Positions 18,341 through 27,580 of a stretch of DNA of 64,000 bases are shown piece after piece. Source of the stretch: Candidatus Binatia bacterium (lineage in GTDB: Bacteria; Desulfobacterota; Binatia; Bin18); assembly GCA_963664395.2 (NCBI GenBank), contig OY761159.2, positions 2,976,001 to 3,040,000 on the forward strand, in the 5' to 3' direction. Positions within the stretch are counted from its first letter, which is position 1, and each line of letters begins with the position of its first letter. The translations under genes were made by a program, and so were the position numbers. Below the pieces are notes generated by a model. That model worked only from the letters and a program-made list of their open reading frames with translations, was not told the DNA's origin and searched no databases.

Positions 18341-19420
18341 CTATGGTGAGGAATCAACCTCCACCATCCAGCCGTGTCGGTCGGGCTTCAGGCCGCGCTG
18401 GATGGCGGACAACTCGTCAAACAGGCGTTGGGACAGCGGGCCGACTCGGCCGTCGTTGATGACAATGCTCTCGTCCTTATATGACAGCTCGCTGACCGGC
18501 GAGATGACGGCCGCGGTTCCGGCACCAAACACCTCACGCAACAGTCCATTCCGCGCTGCGGTCAAGACCTCAGCGATGGTAATGGGTCGCTCTGCCACCT
18601 GCATCCCAAAGTCCTGGGCGAGTTGGAGGGCGGAGGCGCGGGTCACGCCTTCGAGGATAGTCCCCGTGACTGGTGGGGTGACGAGCTCATCCCCAATCAC
18701 AAAGGCGATATTCATCGAGCCGACTTCTTCGATGTATTGCTGTTCGACGCCATCGAGCCACAACACTTGGGCAAAACCGTCTTTGTGGGCTTCTTCGCCG
18801 GCAAACAAACTACCGGCGTAATTCCCAGCCGTTTTCGCGGCTCCGGTTCCACCTCGTACGGCCCGCACATAACGGTCTTCAACGCGGATTCGGAGCGGTT
18901 TGAAGCCTTCGGCATAATAGGCGGCAACGGGCGAAAGAATAATAAAGAACTGGTAGGTGTGAGACGGTCGCACCCGCAGGTCGGGATCGCGCGCAAAAGC
19001 AACCGGCCGGATATACAAAGAGGTGCCGGGCGCATGCGGCACCCAGTCCTGGTCCAGTTTCACCAACTGCTTGAGCGCCGAGAGAAAGAGTGCCGGGTCA
19101 ACAGGCGGGATACACAGCCGGGCGGCAGAGCGATTGAAGCGGGCGATATTGCGGTCTGGCCGAAAGAGCAGAATTTTGTCGTCCGGCGAACGATAGGCCT
19201 TGAGGCCTTCAAAGATGGCCTGGGCATAGTGGAGCCCGACGGTGGCCGGTTCCAGCGCAAGCGGACCATACGGTACGATACGTGGGTTGGACCAGCCGGT
19301 ATCTGCAACACCATCCATGAGAAACATATGGTCGGTAAAGACCTGGCCAAAACCGAGTGCGTCGTCTTGCGGTTTGGGTTTGGGCTGACTGCTGTGAGTG
19401 ATGGAAATGTGCATATTCAT
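18341..19420 (-). CDS. ilvE: Branched-chain amino acid aminotransferase
   Basis: LGFGQVFTDHM, LHYAQAIFEGLKAY, LYIRP, GAAKTAGNY, EEVGSMN, ILEGVTR, GTAAVISP. Confidence 0.95.
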   Translation of the reverse strand: MNMHISITHSSQPKPKPQDDALGFGQVFTDHMFLMDGVADTGWSNPRIVPYGPLALEPATVGLHYAQAIFEGLKAYRSPDDKILLFRPDRNIARFNRSAARLCIPPVDPALFLSALKQLVKLDQDWVPHAPGTSLYIRPVAFARDPDLRVRPSHTYQFFIILSPVAAYYAEGFKPLRIRVEDRYVRAVRGGTGAAKTAGNYAGSLFAGEEAHKDGFAQVLWLDGVEQQYIEEVGSMNIAFVIGDELVTPPVTGTILEGVTRASALQLAQDFGMQVAERPITIAEVLTAARNGLLREVFGAGTAAVISPVSELSYKDESIVINDGRVGPLSQRLFDELSAIQRGLKPDRHGWMVEVDSSP

Positions 19421-19556
19421 GACTCTGATAACTCCCTGCGGGAGGCCGGAGTGTAACAGAGCTGAGAGTGCTATCGAAGCAGGCTCGCGCATTGACTTCG
19501 GCCTGCTCTGCACGCTAGGGTCGGTGCCTGTTTGACGCCGACACAAAGGAGGAAGC

Positions 19557-20111
19557 ATGGCGCGTATTCCCTATCCCAAGGTTGAAGACTTACCGGAAAA
19601 GGTCCGCACCGCCGCGGAAAAGCTCCCACCGCTCAATATCATGAAGATGTTCCTGAATGCGCCGACGAATGCCATACCGCTGTTATCTTTTGGCCAGTCC
19701 ATTTTGACGAAACAAGAGCTGGCCGCCCACCTGCGCGAGCTGGCTATTCTGCGGGTGGCGCATCTGACCGGGGCCAACTATGAGTGGACTCAGCACGTGC
19801 CCATAGCCAAAGAGACGGGTGTCACGGACGCCCAGGTGGACGCCATTCCTCAAGGAGCTGACGGGGCCGGTGCGGACGCTTTCAACGAGGTGGAAAAGCG
19901 CGTGCTCCGTTTTACGGATGAGGTCACCCAAGATGTCAAAGCGTCGGCTGAGACCTTCTCTGCATTAGAGAAGGATTTGGGACCGCGTCAAATGGTCGAG
20001 CTGGCGCTGGCCATTGGTTTCTACGGGATGGTAGCGCGGGTTATGGAATCGTTCGAGGTCGAGTTAGAGCCCACGGCGGGGACGTATTCGATTGATCAGC
20101 TCCGCCGCTGA
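19557..20111 (+). CDS. Carboxymuconolactone decarboxylase/AhpD-like protein
   Basis: LRELAILRVA..GANYEWTQH; AGGAGG RBS. Confidence 0.88.
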   Translation: MARIPYPKVEDLPEKVRTAAEKLPPLNIMKMFLNAPTNAIPLLSFGQSILTKQELAAHLRELAILRVAHLTGANYEWTQHVPIAKETGVTDAQVDAIPQGADGAGADAFNEVEKRVLRFTDEVTQDVKASAETFSALEKDLGPRQMVELALAIGFYGMVARVMESFEVELEPTAGTYSIDQLRR

Positions 20112-20113
20112 GA

Positions 20114-20479
20114 TTAATCGGCCGCGTAAATCCGGGGGACTTTCCAGCGTTCGAAGAAACCGACTTTGGGCTTCTTATCTGCCTTGAGGTCTGCGACATG
20201 GGCATCAATGTCCTGGTACAGCCGGGCAACATCAATCCCGTGCGAGGCGGGCCGAAAGTCTTCGAGCCGCATGAGGGCTTGGGTCAAAAGGTTAATCGCG
20301 CCCTGTGAGCCGCCCCGGTTGAAACGCATGTGGAGGCCCGTGGCTAGGCGGATTAAGGCTTCGTAAAATGGCTTGTCTGCTGCGTCGACTTCATGCCAGA
20401 CCTCTTCGAGCACTTGATGGCTGTCAAAGTATTCCCGACGGTTAAAAAGCCGAACGGCCTGCTTGAGCTTTGGATGCAT
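20114..20479 (-). CDS. DUF309 family protein
   Basis: LFNRREYFDSHQVLEEVW...ALIRLATGLH. Confidence 0.85.
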   Translation of the reverse strand: MHPKLKQAVRLFNRREYFDSHQVLEEVWHEVDAADKPFYEALIRLATGLHMRFNRGGSQGAINLLTQALMRLEDFRPASHGIDVARLYQDIDAHVADLKADKKPKVGFFERWKVPRIYAAD

Positions 20480-20523
20480 GACGATTATGACAAGAGAGAA
20501 ATTTTGAAAGCGAGGATCATTCT

Positions 20524-21975
20524 ATGCCACTACGCACGGTTGAGCAATACAAAGACAGCTTGAAAGACGACCGGCTGGTCTATTTTCGGGGCCAACGTAT
20601 CCCTGACGTGACCGCGCATCCGCTCATTCAAACCGCCATTGAGCACGAAGCCACCGACTATCGTCTCATGCACGACCCGCAATACCGGGAGCTGGCCGTT
20701 GTCCGGAACCCCGAAACCGGCGAGGAGATGAGCCGCTATTTTCTGCCGCCGCAGAATGCCGAACAACTGCTCAAACGGAGTGAGTTGATTGAAACCGCCT
20801 GTCGAGAAGGCGGGACGCTCGTCGTGCTGGCGAAAGTGGTCGGCAGTGACGCGCTGTTTGGCCTGCTGCGGACCTCCCGGAAAATTGATGAAGCCTGCGG
20901 GACAGCCTACCACCAACGGGTCAAAGCCTTTTATGATTACTGCTGTAAAGAAGATGTCAGCTTTGCTCTGGCTCAAACCGATACCAAAGGCGACCGCGCC
21001 TTACGTCCCTCGGAACAAGAAGACCCGGATGTCTACCTGCGGATTGTTGAAGAACGCCCGGACGGCATTGTAGTGCGTGGGGCCAAGGTCCACACCTCAA
21101 ATACCACCCACGCCAATGAGATGATCGTCCTGCCCACGCGGGCCATGGGCGAAGAGGACAAAGACTACGCGGTCTCATTTGCTATCCCGCTGGATACGCC
21201 GGGGCTCAAGCTGCTGATGAGCGGCTATGGCTCGCACACGCAGCGCAACAGCTTCGATCATCCGGTCAGCTCGGGCGTGAAAATGACGGAAACGCTGACC
21301 ATCTTTGATGATGTGTTTGTGCCCAACGAACGGATTTTCCTCCAAGGCGAATGGCAGTTTGCCGGTCCCTTGGCGCTGTCGTTTGTTGAGTATCATCGCC
21401 TGACCGCGATTTCGTATAAACTGCCTTTCCTGGACCTCTTGGCCGGTGCCGGGCGCTTGATGGCCGAGTATAACGGCATTGAAAAAGCCGCGCATGTCAA
21501 AGAAAAACTGTTTTGGCTGGCGAGCTACGTCGAAACCACCCGCTTGCTGACCCATATGGCGTGTCTGAAGGCACGCGCGACGGACTTTGGGATGGTCATC
21601 CCCGACCCCCCGACCGTGAATATTGCCAAGCATCATTTTGCGGCCGATTTCCACCAAGCCCTGTCGCACGTTCAGGATTTGGCCGGCGGTATTATTGTCA
21701 CCGGACCGGCAGTGGAAGACCTGCGGAGCGAAGAGATCGGACCGTTGATCGAGAAATACATGAAGGGCAAGACGGGCACGTCGGGCAAAGAACGGCTCCA
21801 GGTCATTAATCTGATTCAAGACATCACCACCTCGGACTTTGGTGGTTATAACGCCGTGCTTGCTTTGCACGCCGAAGGCTCCATGGAGGCGGAAAAGATG
21901 CAGCTCTACCGTGAATATGACTGGCAGCGGGTGCGCGATTACGCCAGCAAAATGGCCCGGATTGGCAAGGAATAA
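20524..21975 (+). CDS. HpaB / 4-hydroxybutyryl-CoA dehydratase family flavoprotein
   Basis: QTDTKGDR..RPSEQEDPDVYLRIVEERPDGIVVRGAKVH, IFDDVFVPNERIFL, YHR, HAEGS. Confidence 0.9.
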   Translation: MPLRTVEQYKDSLKDDRLVYFRGQRIPDVTAHPLIQTAIEHEATDYRLMHDPQYRELAVVRNPETGEEMSRYFLPPQNAEQLLKRSELIETACREGGTLVVLAKVVGSDALFGLLRTSRKIDEACGTAYHQRVKAFYDYCCKEDVSFALAQTDTKGDRALRPSEQEDPDVYLRIVEERPDGIVVRGAKVHTSNTTHANEMIVLPTRAMGEEDKDYAVSFAIPLDTPGLKLLMSGYGSHTQRNSFDHPVSSGVKMTETLTIFDDVFVPNERIFLQGEWQFAGPLALSFVEYHRLTAISYKLPFLDLLAGAGRLMAEYNGIEKAAHVKEKLFWLASYVETTRLLTHMACLKARATDFGMVIPDPPTVNIAKHHFAADFHQALSHVQDLAGGIIVTGPAVEDLRSEEIGPLIEKYMKGKTGTSGKERLQVINLIQDITTSDFGGYNAVLALHAEGSMEAEKMQLYREYDWQRVRDYASKMARIGKE

Positions 21976-22007
21976 TATCTGTCTCTGCCCGATATCAGGT
22001 CGGCGCC

Positions 22008-22307
22008 CTACAGAGGCGTAGCTTGCCGGTCTGCGGTCGGCAAGCCGCGGATCATCTTGCCTGCCTGTCGTTCGGCAACCGCCAGGTCAAACTGAGTCTG
22101 AAGGTTCAGCCAGAATTGTGGCTCGACGCCGAACCAGTGCCCGAACCGCAAGGCCGTGTCGCCGGTCACGGCCCGCTTGCCGGCAATAATCTGGCCGACG
22201 CGGTTTGGCGGCACCTTGATCTGACGCGCGAACGCCGTGGGTGTTACGCCCATTTCCGCAAGCTCGTCTTTGAGGATTTCGCCGGGATGAACGGCCCGCT
22301 TCAGCAT
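22008..22307 (-). CDS. higA: HigA antitoxin (XRE HTH)
   Basis: VHPGEILKDEL...IIAGKRAVTGDTALR...FWLNLQ..FDL; GAGGAGG RBS. Confidence 0.93.
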   Translation of the reverse strand: MLKRAVHPGEILKDELAEMGVTPTAFARQIKVPPNRVGQIIAGKRAVTGDTALRFGHWFGVEPQFWLNLQTQFDLAVAERQAGKMIRGLPTADRQATPL

Positions 22308-22320
22308 GTGGTCCTCCTCG

Positions 22321-22611
22321 TTACCCCTGATGGTAATCAACGATATCGACATCGCTTGGTCCCGGATGTCCATCCGGCCAAGCGAAGCAGAGTCGCCATT
22401 GTCGATTGATCCGAATGGCGTACTGTCCTTTCCGTGCGCCTCTAAGGGCCTCCAGCCGGTTGCTCGGTAAGGCCCTCAAGGTTGCCAACGACGGTGCCGC
22501 GTTCAAGATCGAAAGCCGTTTCGCGGCTTGCATTTCAAAGCTTTGAAACGCCCTGACGAATGCTCCAGCCGCAAACCGCCGGGTTTTTTCGTCTCTGTAG
22601 CTCAGTATCAT
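22321..22611 (-). CDS. higB: HigB toxin (RelE/ParE superfamily)
   Basis: MILSYRD...PSNRLEALRG.RKGQYAIRINRQWRLCF.W...VDIVDYH; toxin-first gene order. Confidence 0.93.
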   Translation of the reverse strand: MILSYRDEKTRRFAAGAFVRAFQSFEMQAAKRLSILNAAPSLATLRALPSNRLEALRGARKGQYAIRINRQWRLCFAWPDGHPGPSDVDIVDYHQG

Positions 22612-22749
22612 TCGAGTATGGGCACCAGACTATGACGATAGACGTCAAGCGTCAATCTACTGACGCTGCCGGTCAAGCTTGGCGGGAGTGGCGAAAACCC
22701 GTATTTAGAAGATAAGAGATAGTAAAGAATACGACCAAAGGAGGGGAAT

Positions 22750-24342
22750 ATGAATCGGCACGGAGAAAACATACAACCACAAGCAGAGGCCGGCTGGCAG
22801 CTCACTCGTCTCTCTTCGCCGAGTGCGCTGTTTGGGGCGAACGGTATGCGGATGGGGTCGGATGGGAAACTCTACGTGGTCCAGGCGTTCGGCAGTCAGG
22901 TGAGCAGGGTCGATACCGGGAGCGGTGCGTGTGAAACGATTTCGCCAGTCGGCGGCCCCATTGTTGCGCCGGATGATATTGCCTTTGACTCGCACGATGT
23001 CATGTATGTGACTGAGGTGATGAGCGCGCGGGTCAGCGCCCGAACGCCCAGCGGGGAAGTCCGGGTCATTGCGGATAATGTGCCGGCAGCAAATGGCATC
23101 ACCGCCTACCAGGACCGCTTGTTCATGGACGAATGCCGCCCCGGCGGCCGCCTGTTTGAACTGTATCCGGACGGTCGAGCGCCCCGCGTTATAGCCGAGA
23201 ACCTGCCTTTGCCCAATGCGCTCTCAGTTGGTCCCGATGGCAAGCTGTACTTTCCGCAAATCGCGGCCGGTGAGATTTGGCGTTGCCCGCTCGAAGGCGG
23301 TGCGCCTGAACGCTTTATGGACGGATTTGCTGTCCCGACCGCAGTCAAGTTCGACCGGAACGGCCTGCTGACAACAACTCAGGCCGCCAGCGGAGAAGTG
23401 ACGAAGATTGACATCCAAAGCGGAGAAAAGACCGTTGTCGCGCACGTCCGACCGGGGATCGATAATCTTGTCTTTGCGGATGACAACCGGCTGTTTATTT
23501 CCCACTTTGTGGACGGCGGTGTCGCTGAGATTCAAGCGGATGGAACCGAGCGCGTATTGGTACCCGCCGGTTTACTTGGTCCGTTCGGCATCACGGTGAC
23601 AGGCGACGGGACGGTCTATGCGGCCGACGGCATGAGTATGATCTCCGTCAGCCAAGACGGACGGGTCAGCCGTCCGACGATGTTTACCCAAGAGGGCTAT
23701 CCCGGCTTTATCCGCGGTATTGCCGCCGGTCCGGCTGGCAGCGTGTATGTCACGACCTCAGCCGGCGAAGTCGTCCTGTATAATTTCAGCACGCGCGAGC
23801 CGCAGATTTTGATAAACGAACTCAACGAACTCTATAGCCTCGCGCCGACCCGGGACGGAGGGGTTGTGGTGGCAGAGGGTGGCGAAGGACGACTGCTCAA
23901 GGTGACCTCAGATGGCAATGTCACCGTTCTCGCCCGTGGTCTTGGCCGACCGAACGGCGTTGTCGTGGCTGATGACGGATCGTGCTATGTCAGCGAGCCT
24001 GACAAGGGCCAGGTGTCGCATGTGAATGGCGGCAGCTCAACCGTGGTTGAGGGATTATCGTCACCGCAGGGGCTCGGATTACTCGGTGATCAACTCTTGA
24101 TCCTTGACTCAGGCAGCAAAGATCTCATAGCGGTGTCGCTTGGAACAAAACAGCAACAAACACTTGCTTCCGGCCTGCCGGTCGGCGCCCAGCCTGGCGT
24201 GACACCGCAACTGCTCATGGGGATTGCCGGGCTGATCCAGGGGCCGCTCACACCATTCTCCGGCCTTGCCGTAGGCGGAGACGGTACGGTCTATATTGCC
24301 GCGGATGGTGAGGGGAGTGTGCTGACGTTGAAACGAGCGTAG
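22750..24342 (+). CDS. SMP-30/gluconolactonase-like tandem beta-propeller protein
   Basis: Repeated PDDIAFD, ANGI, PNALSVGPDG, GIDNL, GPFGI, PNGV blades over 530 aa. Confidence 0.8.
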   Translation: MNRHGENIQPQAEAGWQLTRLSSPSALFGANGMRMGSDGKLYVVQAFGSQVSRVDTGSGACETISPVGGPIVAPDDIAFDSHDVMYVTEVMSARVSARTPSGEVRVIADNVPAANGITAYQDRLFMDECRPGGRLFELYPDGRAPRVIAENLPLPNALSVGPDGKLYFPQIAAGEIWRCPLEGGAPERFMDGFAVPTAVKFDRNGLLTTTQAASGEVTKIDIQSGEKTVVAHVRPGIDNLVFADDNRLFISHFVDGGVAEIQADGTERVLVPAGLLGPFGITVTGDGTVYAADGMSMISVSQDGRVSRPTMFTQEGYPGFIRGIAAGPAGSVYVTTSAGEVVLYNFSTREPQILINELNELYSLAPTRDGGVVVAEGGEGRLLKVTSDGNVTVLARGLGRPNGVVVADDGSCYVSEPDKGQVSHVNGGSSTVVEGLSSPQGLGLLGDQLLILDSGSKDLIAVSLGTKQQQTLASGLPVGAQPGVTPQLLMGIAGLIQGPLTPFSGLAVGGDGTVYIAADGEGSVLTLKRA

Positions 24343-24396
24343 ACACATTCGCGAGGGACGGTTGACGCCGTCCCTCGGTCAGGTCGCAGACTGCGT

Positions 24397-25377
24397 TTAC
24401 GGGACTTCCAGAATAATTTTGCCGAAATTTTTATTATCCTCCATGTATCGATGCGCCTCGCTTGCCTGTTCCAATGGAAAAGAACAATCAATAACAGGCT
24501 TGATCTTTCCTGCGCTTAAAAGCGGCAGCCAGTTCTCTTGAAAGCGGCGGGTGATGTCAATTTTATCCGCCAGGGTCCGACTGCGTAGAACAGAGCCAAA
24601 CACCTGGAGTCGTTTTCTCAGAATCAGTCCCAGATTCGTCTCTACTGTGACTCCACCCATCACACCGACGAGGACGATCCGCCCGCCAATAGTGAGACTT
24701 TTGAGATTCTTGTCCCAATACGCAGCCCCAATAAAATCTTCTATGACATCAACGCCCTTTCTGCCTGTGACCTCTTGAATCCACTCGGTGAAGTCCTGCT
24801 CTTTGTAGTTGCAGCCGGCAGTCGCGCCGAGGTCCACACAGCGTTGGATCTTTTCGGCTGAACCTGCTGTGACCAGCACGGCTGCACCGGTCTCGCGGGC
24901 CATCTGAATCCCGGCTGTCCCGACGCCGCTCGCCCCGGCATGAATCAGGATGGTTTCGCCCCGCTTCAGACCGGCCAGGGTAAAGATCGTTTCTTGCGCG
25001 GTGAAATACACTTCCGGGACAGCCGCGGCCTGCGTGAAGCTCCAGCCCTCGGGAATCGGCATAGCCATGCGGGCATCAATAACCGCCTTTTCTGCGTAGC
25101 CGCCCCCGCCGACCAGACCGAAGACACGCTCGCCTACTGCAATATTGGTCACTGCCGAGCCCACGGCCTCCACTTCGCCGGCGAGTTCGAGTCCGAGGAT
25201 ATCGGACTCACCCGGCGGCGGTGGGTATTGGCCTTGGCGTTGTAGCGTATCCGCCCGGTTCAGGGCGGTTGCACGCACCCGAACAAGAACCTGTTCAGGT
25301 GTTGGCGTTGGATCAGGGGCTTGGCCCAGCTTGAGGACGTCCGGGCCGCCTGGTGCTGCAATGGTAATGGCTTGCAT
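24397..25377 (-). CDS. NAD(P)H-quinone oxidoreductase, PIG3 family
   Basis: LNRADTLQRQGQYPPPPG, LIHAGASGVG, AHRYMEDNKNFGKIIL. Confidence 0.93.
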   Translation of the reverse strand: MQAITIAAPGGPDVLKLGQAPDPTPTPEQVLVRVRATALNRADTLQRQGQYPPPPGESDILGLELAGEVEAVGSAVTNIAVGERVFGLVGGGGYAEKAVIDARMAMPIPEGWSFTQAAAVPEVYFTAQETIFTLAGLKRGETILIHAGASGVGTAGIQMARETGAAVLVTAGSAEKIQRCVDLGATAGCNYKEQDFTEWIQEVTGRKGVDVIEDFIGAAYWDKNLKSLTIGGRIVLVGVMGGVTVETNLGLILRKRLQVFGSVLRSRTLADKIDITRRFQENWLPLLSAGKIKPVIDCSFPLEQASEAHRYMEDNKNFGKIILEVP

Positions 25378-25397
25378 ACGGGGTATTCCTTATTCTA

Positions 25398-25458
25398 TCC
25401 CCTCCTTGGAGGGGTGGCCGTAGGCCGGGGTGGGTTCCTGAATCGTCCGAAACCCACC
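25398..25458. repeat. REP-like palindromic element (family A)
   Basis: TCCCCTCCTTGGAGGGGTGGCCGTAGGCCGGGGTGGGTTCCTG...AACCCACC; related copies at 39123 and 46398. Confidence 0.75.
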
Positions 25459-25472
25459 ATTTAATCGCTCGG

Positions 25473-26264
25473 TTACTTACCGGTGAACCGGGCCTTGCGT
25501 TTCTCGACAAATGCCGTAATTCCCTCCGCAAAATCCGGTGTTCCCATCGACAGAGTGATCGAGCGGGCTTCACTGTGCAGTTGTTCGTGCAGCGAGTTGC
25601 CGAGGCTTTGATTGAGCAGCAGTTTGGTCCGTCCAAAAGCGGCAGTCGGACCCTGGGCCAATTCTTCGGCCAACTTTCTCGCTTCAGCCATCACTTGGTC
25701 GGGCTCGACCACAGCAGTCAGCAGCCCCAGGTTCAGCGCCTCTTCGGCCGGAACAGGTTTGTTGCGCAAAAACATTTCGGTCGCCTTGGCCAAGCCAACG
25801 TGACGCGGCAGGAAAAAGGTTGAGCTGGAGTCCGGGCTTGCACCGATGCCCAGAAAGGCGGTGACGAGAGTGACCTGAGGCGAGGCAATACGGAAATCGC
25901 AGGCGAGTGCCAAACCAAACCCGCCGCCCGCGGCCACGCCGTTGAGCGCGGCAATGACGGGTTTGGGAATTTCGCGGACCATGGCAATGGCCGCATGCAG
26001 GACCGGCATCATTTTCTCAATGCTTGGAATAATACGCTGCTGTGCCAGCGCTTCGACAAAGAATTTAATATCGCCGCCGCCACTAAATGCCTTGCCGTTG
26101 CCGGTGAGAATAATCGCCCGCACCTCGTCATCATCCCAGCACTCCATCAGTGCCTGGCGTAAGCCGGTCGAGAGTTCGTTGTTCATCACGTTAAACTGGG
26201 CCGGACGGTTGAGGGTAATGGTTGCAATACTGCCCTCACGACTCCAATAGACGGCTTCTTCCAT
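25473..26264 (-). CDS. Enoyl-CoA hydratase/isomerase (PaaG-like)
   Basis: AFSGGGD, KPVIAALNGVAAGGGFGLALACD, SPDSSSTFFLPR. Confidence 0.92.
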   Translation of the reverse strand: MEEAVYWSREGSIATITLNRPAQFNVMNNELSTGLRQALMECWDDDEVRAIILTGNGKAFSGGGDIKFFVEALAQQRIIPSIEKMMPVLHAAIAMVREIPKPVIAALNGVAAGGGFGLALACDFRIASPQVTLVTAFLGIGASPDSSSTFFLPRHVGLAKATEMFLRNKPVPAEEALNLGLLTAVVEPDQVMAEARKLAEELAQGPTAAFGRTKLLLNQSLGNSLHEQLHSEARSITLSMGTPDFAEGITAFVEKRKARFTGK

Positions 26265-26408
26265 CGCGTTTCCCTCTTTCTTGTCTGCTCTTTTGCTCCC
26301 TCAGGTTTACCTCGCTTGACGGATTACCAGAGGTGCAGGAATATACTGACTGCGTGTGAAACTGTTTCCATATCAGACCCAATAGCGACAACAAAAGGGA
26401 GGTCACCC

Positions 26409-26858
26409 ATGGCAATTGTGCAGATAACCCCACCGGACGCTCACCAAACGCTGCGCCAGGATGCAGCAGTCGTCTACTTGGACGTACGAACCGAGGCGGA
26501 ATTCCAGGCCGGCCACCCTGAGCGCGCCGTCAATATTCCCGTGGTCTTTTTTGATCAGGCCGCCGGTCGCCCAGTCCCGAACCCACATTTCTTAACCGTT
26601 GTTGAAGCGACCATACCAAAGGAGGCCACCGTCATCGTCGGCTGCCAGGCCGGCGGTCGCTCGCAGCGCGCCGCCGAGATTATGGAACAGGCCGGGTATA
26701 CGCAGGTCTCGAATATGATGGGCGGATTTGGTGGCGGGCAAGACCAGCAGGGCCAGACCATCGCCGGTTGGCAGGAAGCCGGCCTGCCGGTGAATACCGA
26801 AAATAGTGACGGGGTGAGTTATGCGTCTTTAGCTGAGAAGGCTGGGGCGGGGGGATAG
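26409..26858 (+). CDS. Rhodanese-domain protein
   Basis: LDVRTEAEFQAGHP, CQAGGRS; GGGAGG RBS. Confidence 0.92.
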   Translation: MAIVQITPPDAHQTLRQDAAVVYLDVRTEAEFQAGHPERAVNIPVVFFDQAAGRPVPNPHFLTVVEATIPKEATVIVGCQAGGRSQRAAEIMEQAGYTQVSNMMGGFGGGQDQQGQTIAGWQEAGLPVNTENSDGVSYASLAEKAGAGG

Positions 26859-26944
26859 GCTCCGAAAAGTCAGCCGACGCGGCTGGCTGGCTTTGATTGA
26901 CCGGCAGGCGTGAGTATGCTTGAAACCAGGGTGCGGATATAAGC

Positions 26945-27283
26945 ATGGCGACTCTCGCGTTCGACACTCATGCCTTTGTGAAAGAATTGACCCAAGCCGG
27001 GATGCCGGAAGCGCAGGCCGAGGTGCTGGCGCGCTCGCAGGCGACCTTGATTGATGAGAAACTGGCCACCAAGCAGGACCTCAAGGAACTCGAAGCTCAC
27101 CTCACCCGGGATCTGAAAGAACTGGAAGCCCGTCTGACCCGGGACCTGAAGGAACTGGAAGACCGGCGGACACGAGACATGAGAGAGTTGGAGTTGCGTC
27201 TGAAGCACGACTTGACGTTGCGTCTCGGTTCAATGATGGTGGTGGCCATCGGGGTGGTCGCCGCGTTGGTGAAACTGCTGTGA
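26945..27283 (+). CDS. DUF1640/CCDC90-like coiled-coil membrane protein, long variant
   Basis: FDTHAFVKEL..AGMPEAQAE, LATKQDL, 11-aa repeats, C-terminal TM helix. Confidence 0.88.
   Translation: MATLAFDTHAFVKELTQAGMPEAQAEVLARSQATLIDEKLATKQDLKELEAHLTRDLKELEARLTRDLKELEDRRTRDMRELELRLKHDLTLRLGSMMVVAIGVVAALVKLL
27071..27201 (+). repeat. 33-bp intragenic tandem repeat (about 4 degenerate units)
   Basis: KQDLKELEAHL/TRDLKELEARL/TRDLKELEDRR/TRDMRELELRL. Confidence 0.8.
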
Positions 27284-27305
27284 GTGTGGAACATACGGAC
27301 TGCGC

Positions 27306-27518
27306 ATGAGCACCAGCGTCTTTGATACCCACGCCTCTGTGAAAGAGTTGACCCAAGCCGGGATGCCGGAAGCGCAGGCCGAGGTGCTGGCGCGCTCGCG
27401 GGCAACGTTGATTGACGAAAAACTGGCGACGAAACAAGACCTGAAAGAGCTGGAATTACGGCTGACAATCCGGCTCGGCTCGATGATGGTAGTCGCCGCG
27501 TTGGTAAAATTGCTGTGA
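27306..27518 (+). CDS. DUF1640/CCDC90-like protein, short tandem paralogue
   Basis: Highly similar to the upstream gene but with one repeat unit and a shortened TM segment. Confidence 0.8.
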   Translation: MSTSVFDTHASVKELTQAGMPEAQAEVLARSRATLIDEKLATKQDLKELELRLTIRLGSMMVVAALVKLL

Positions 27519-27580
27519 GGACGGGATTATGAGTGGCTTTCCTGTAACGTGCTCTTGCACCGCCGACTTTAATCACCGTT

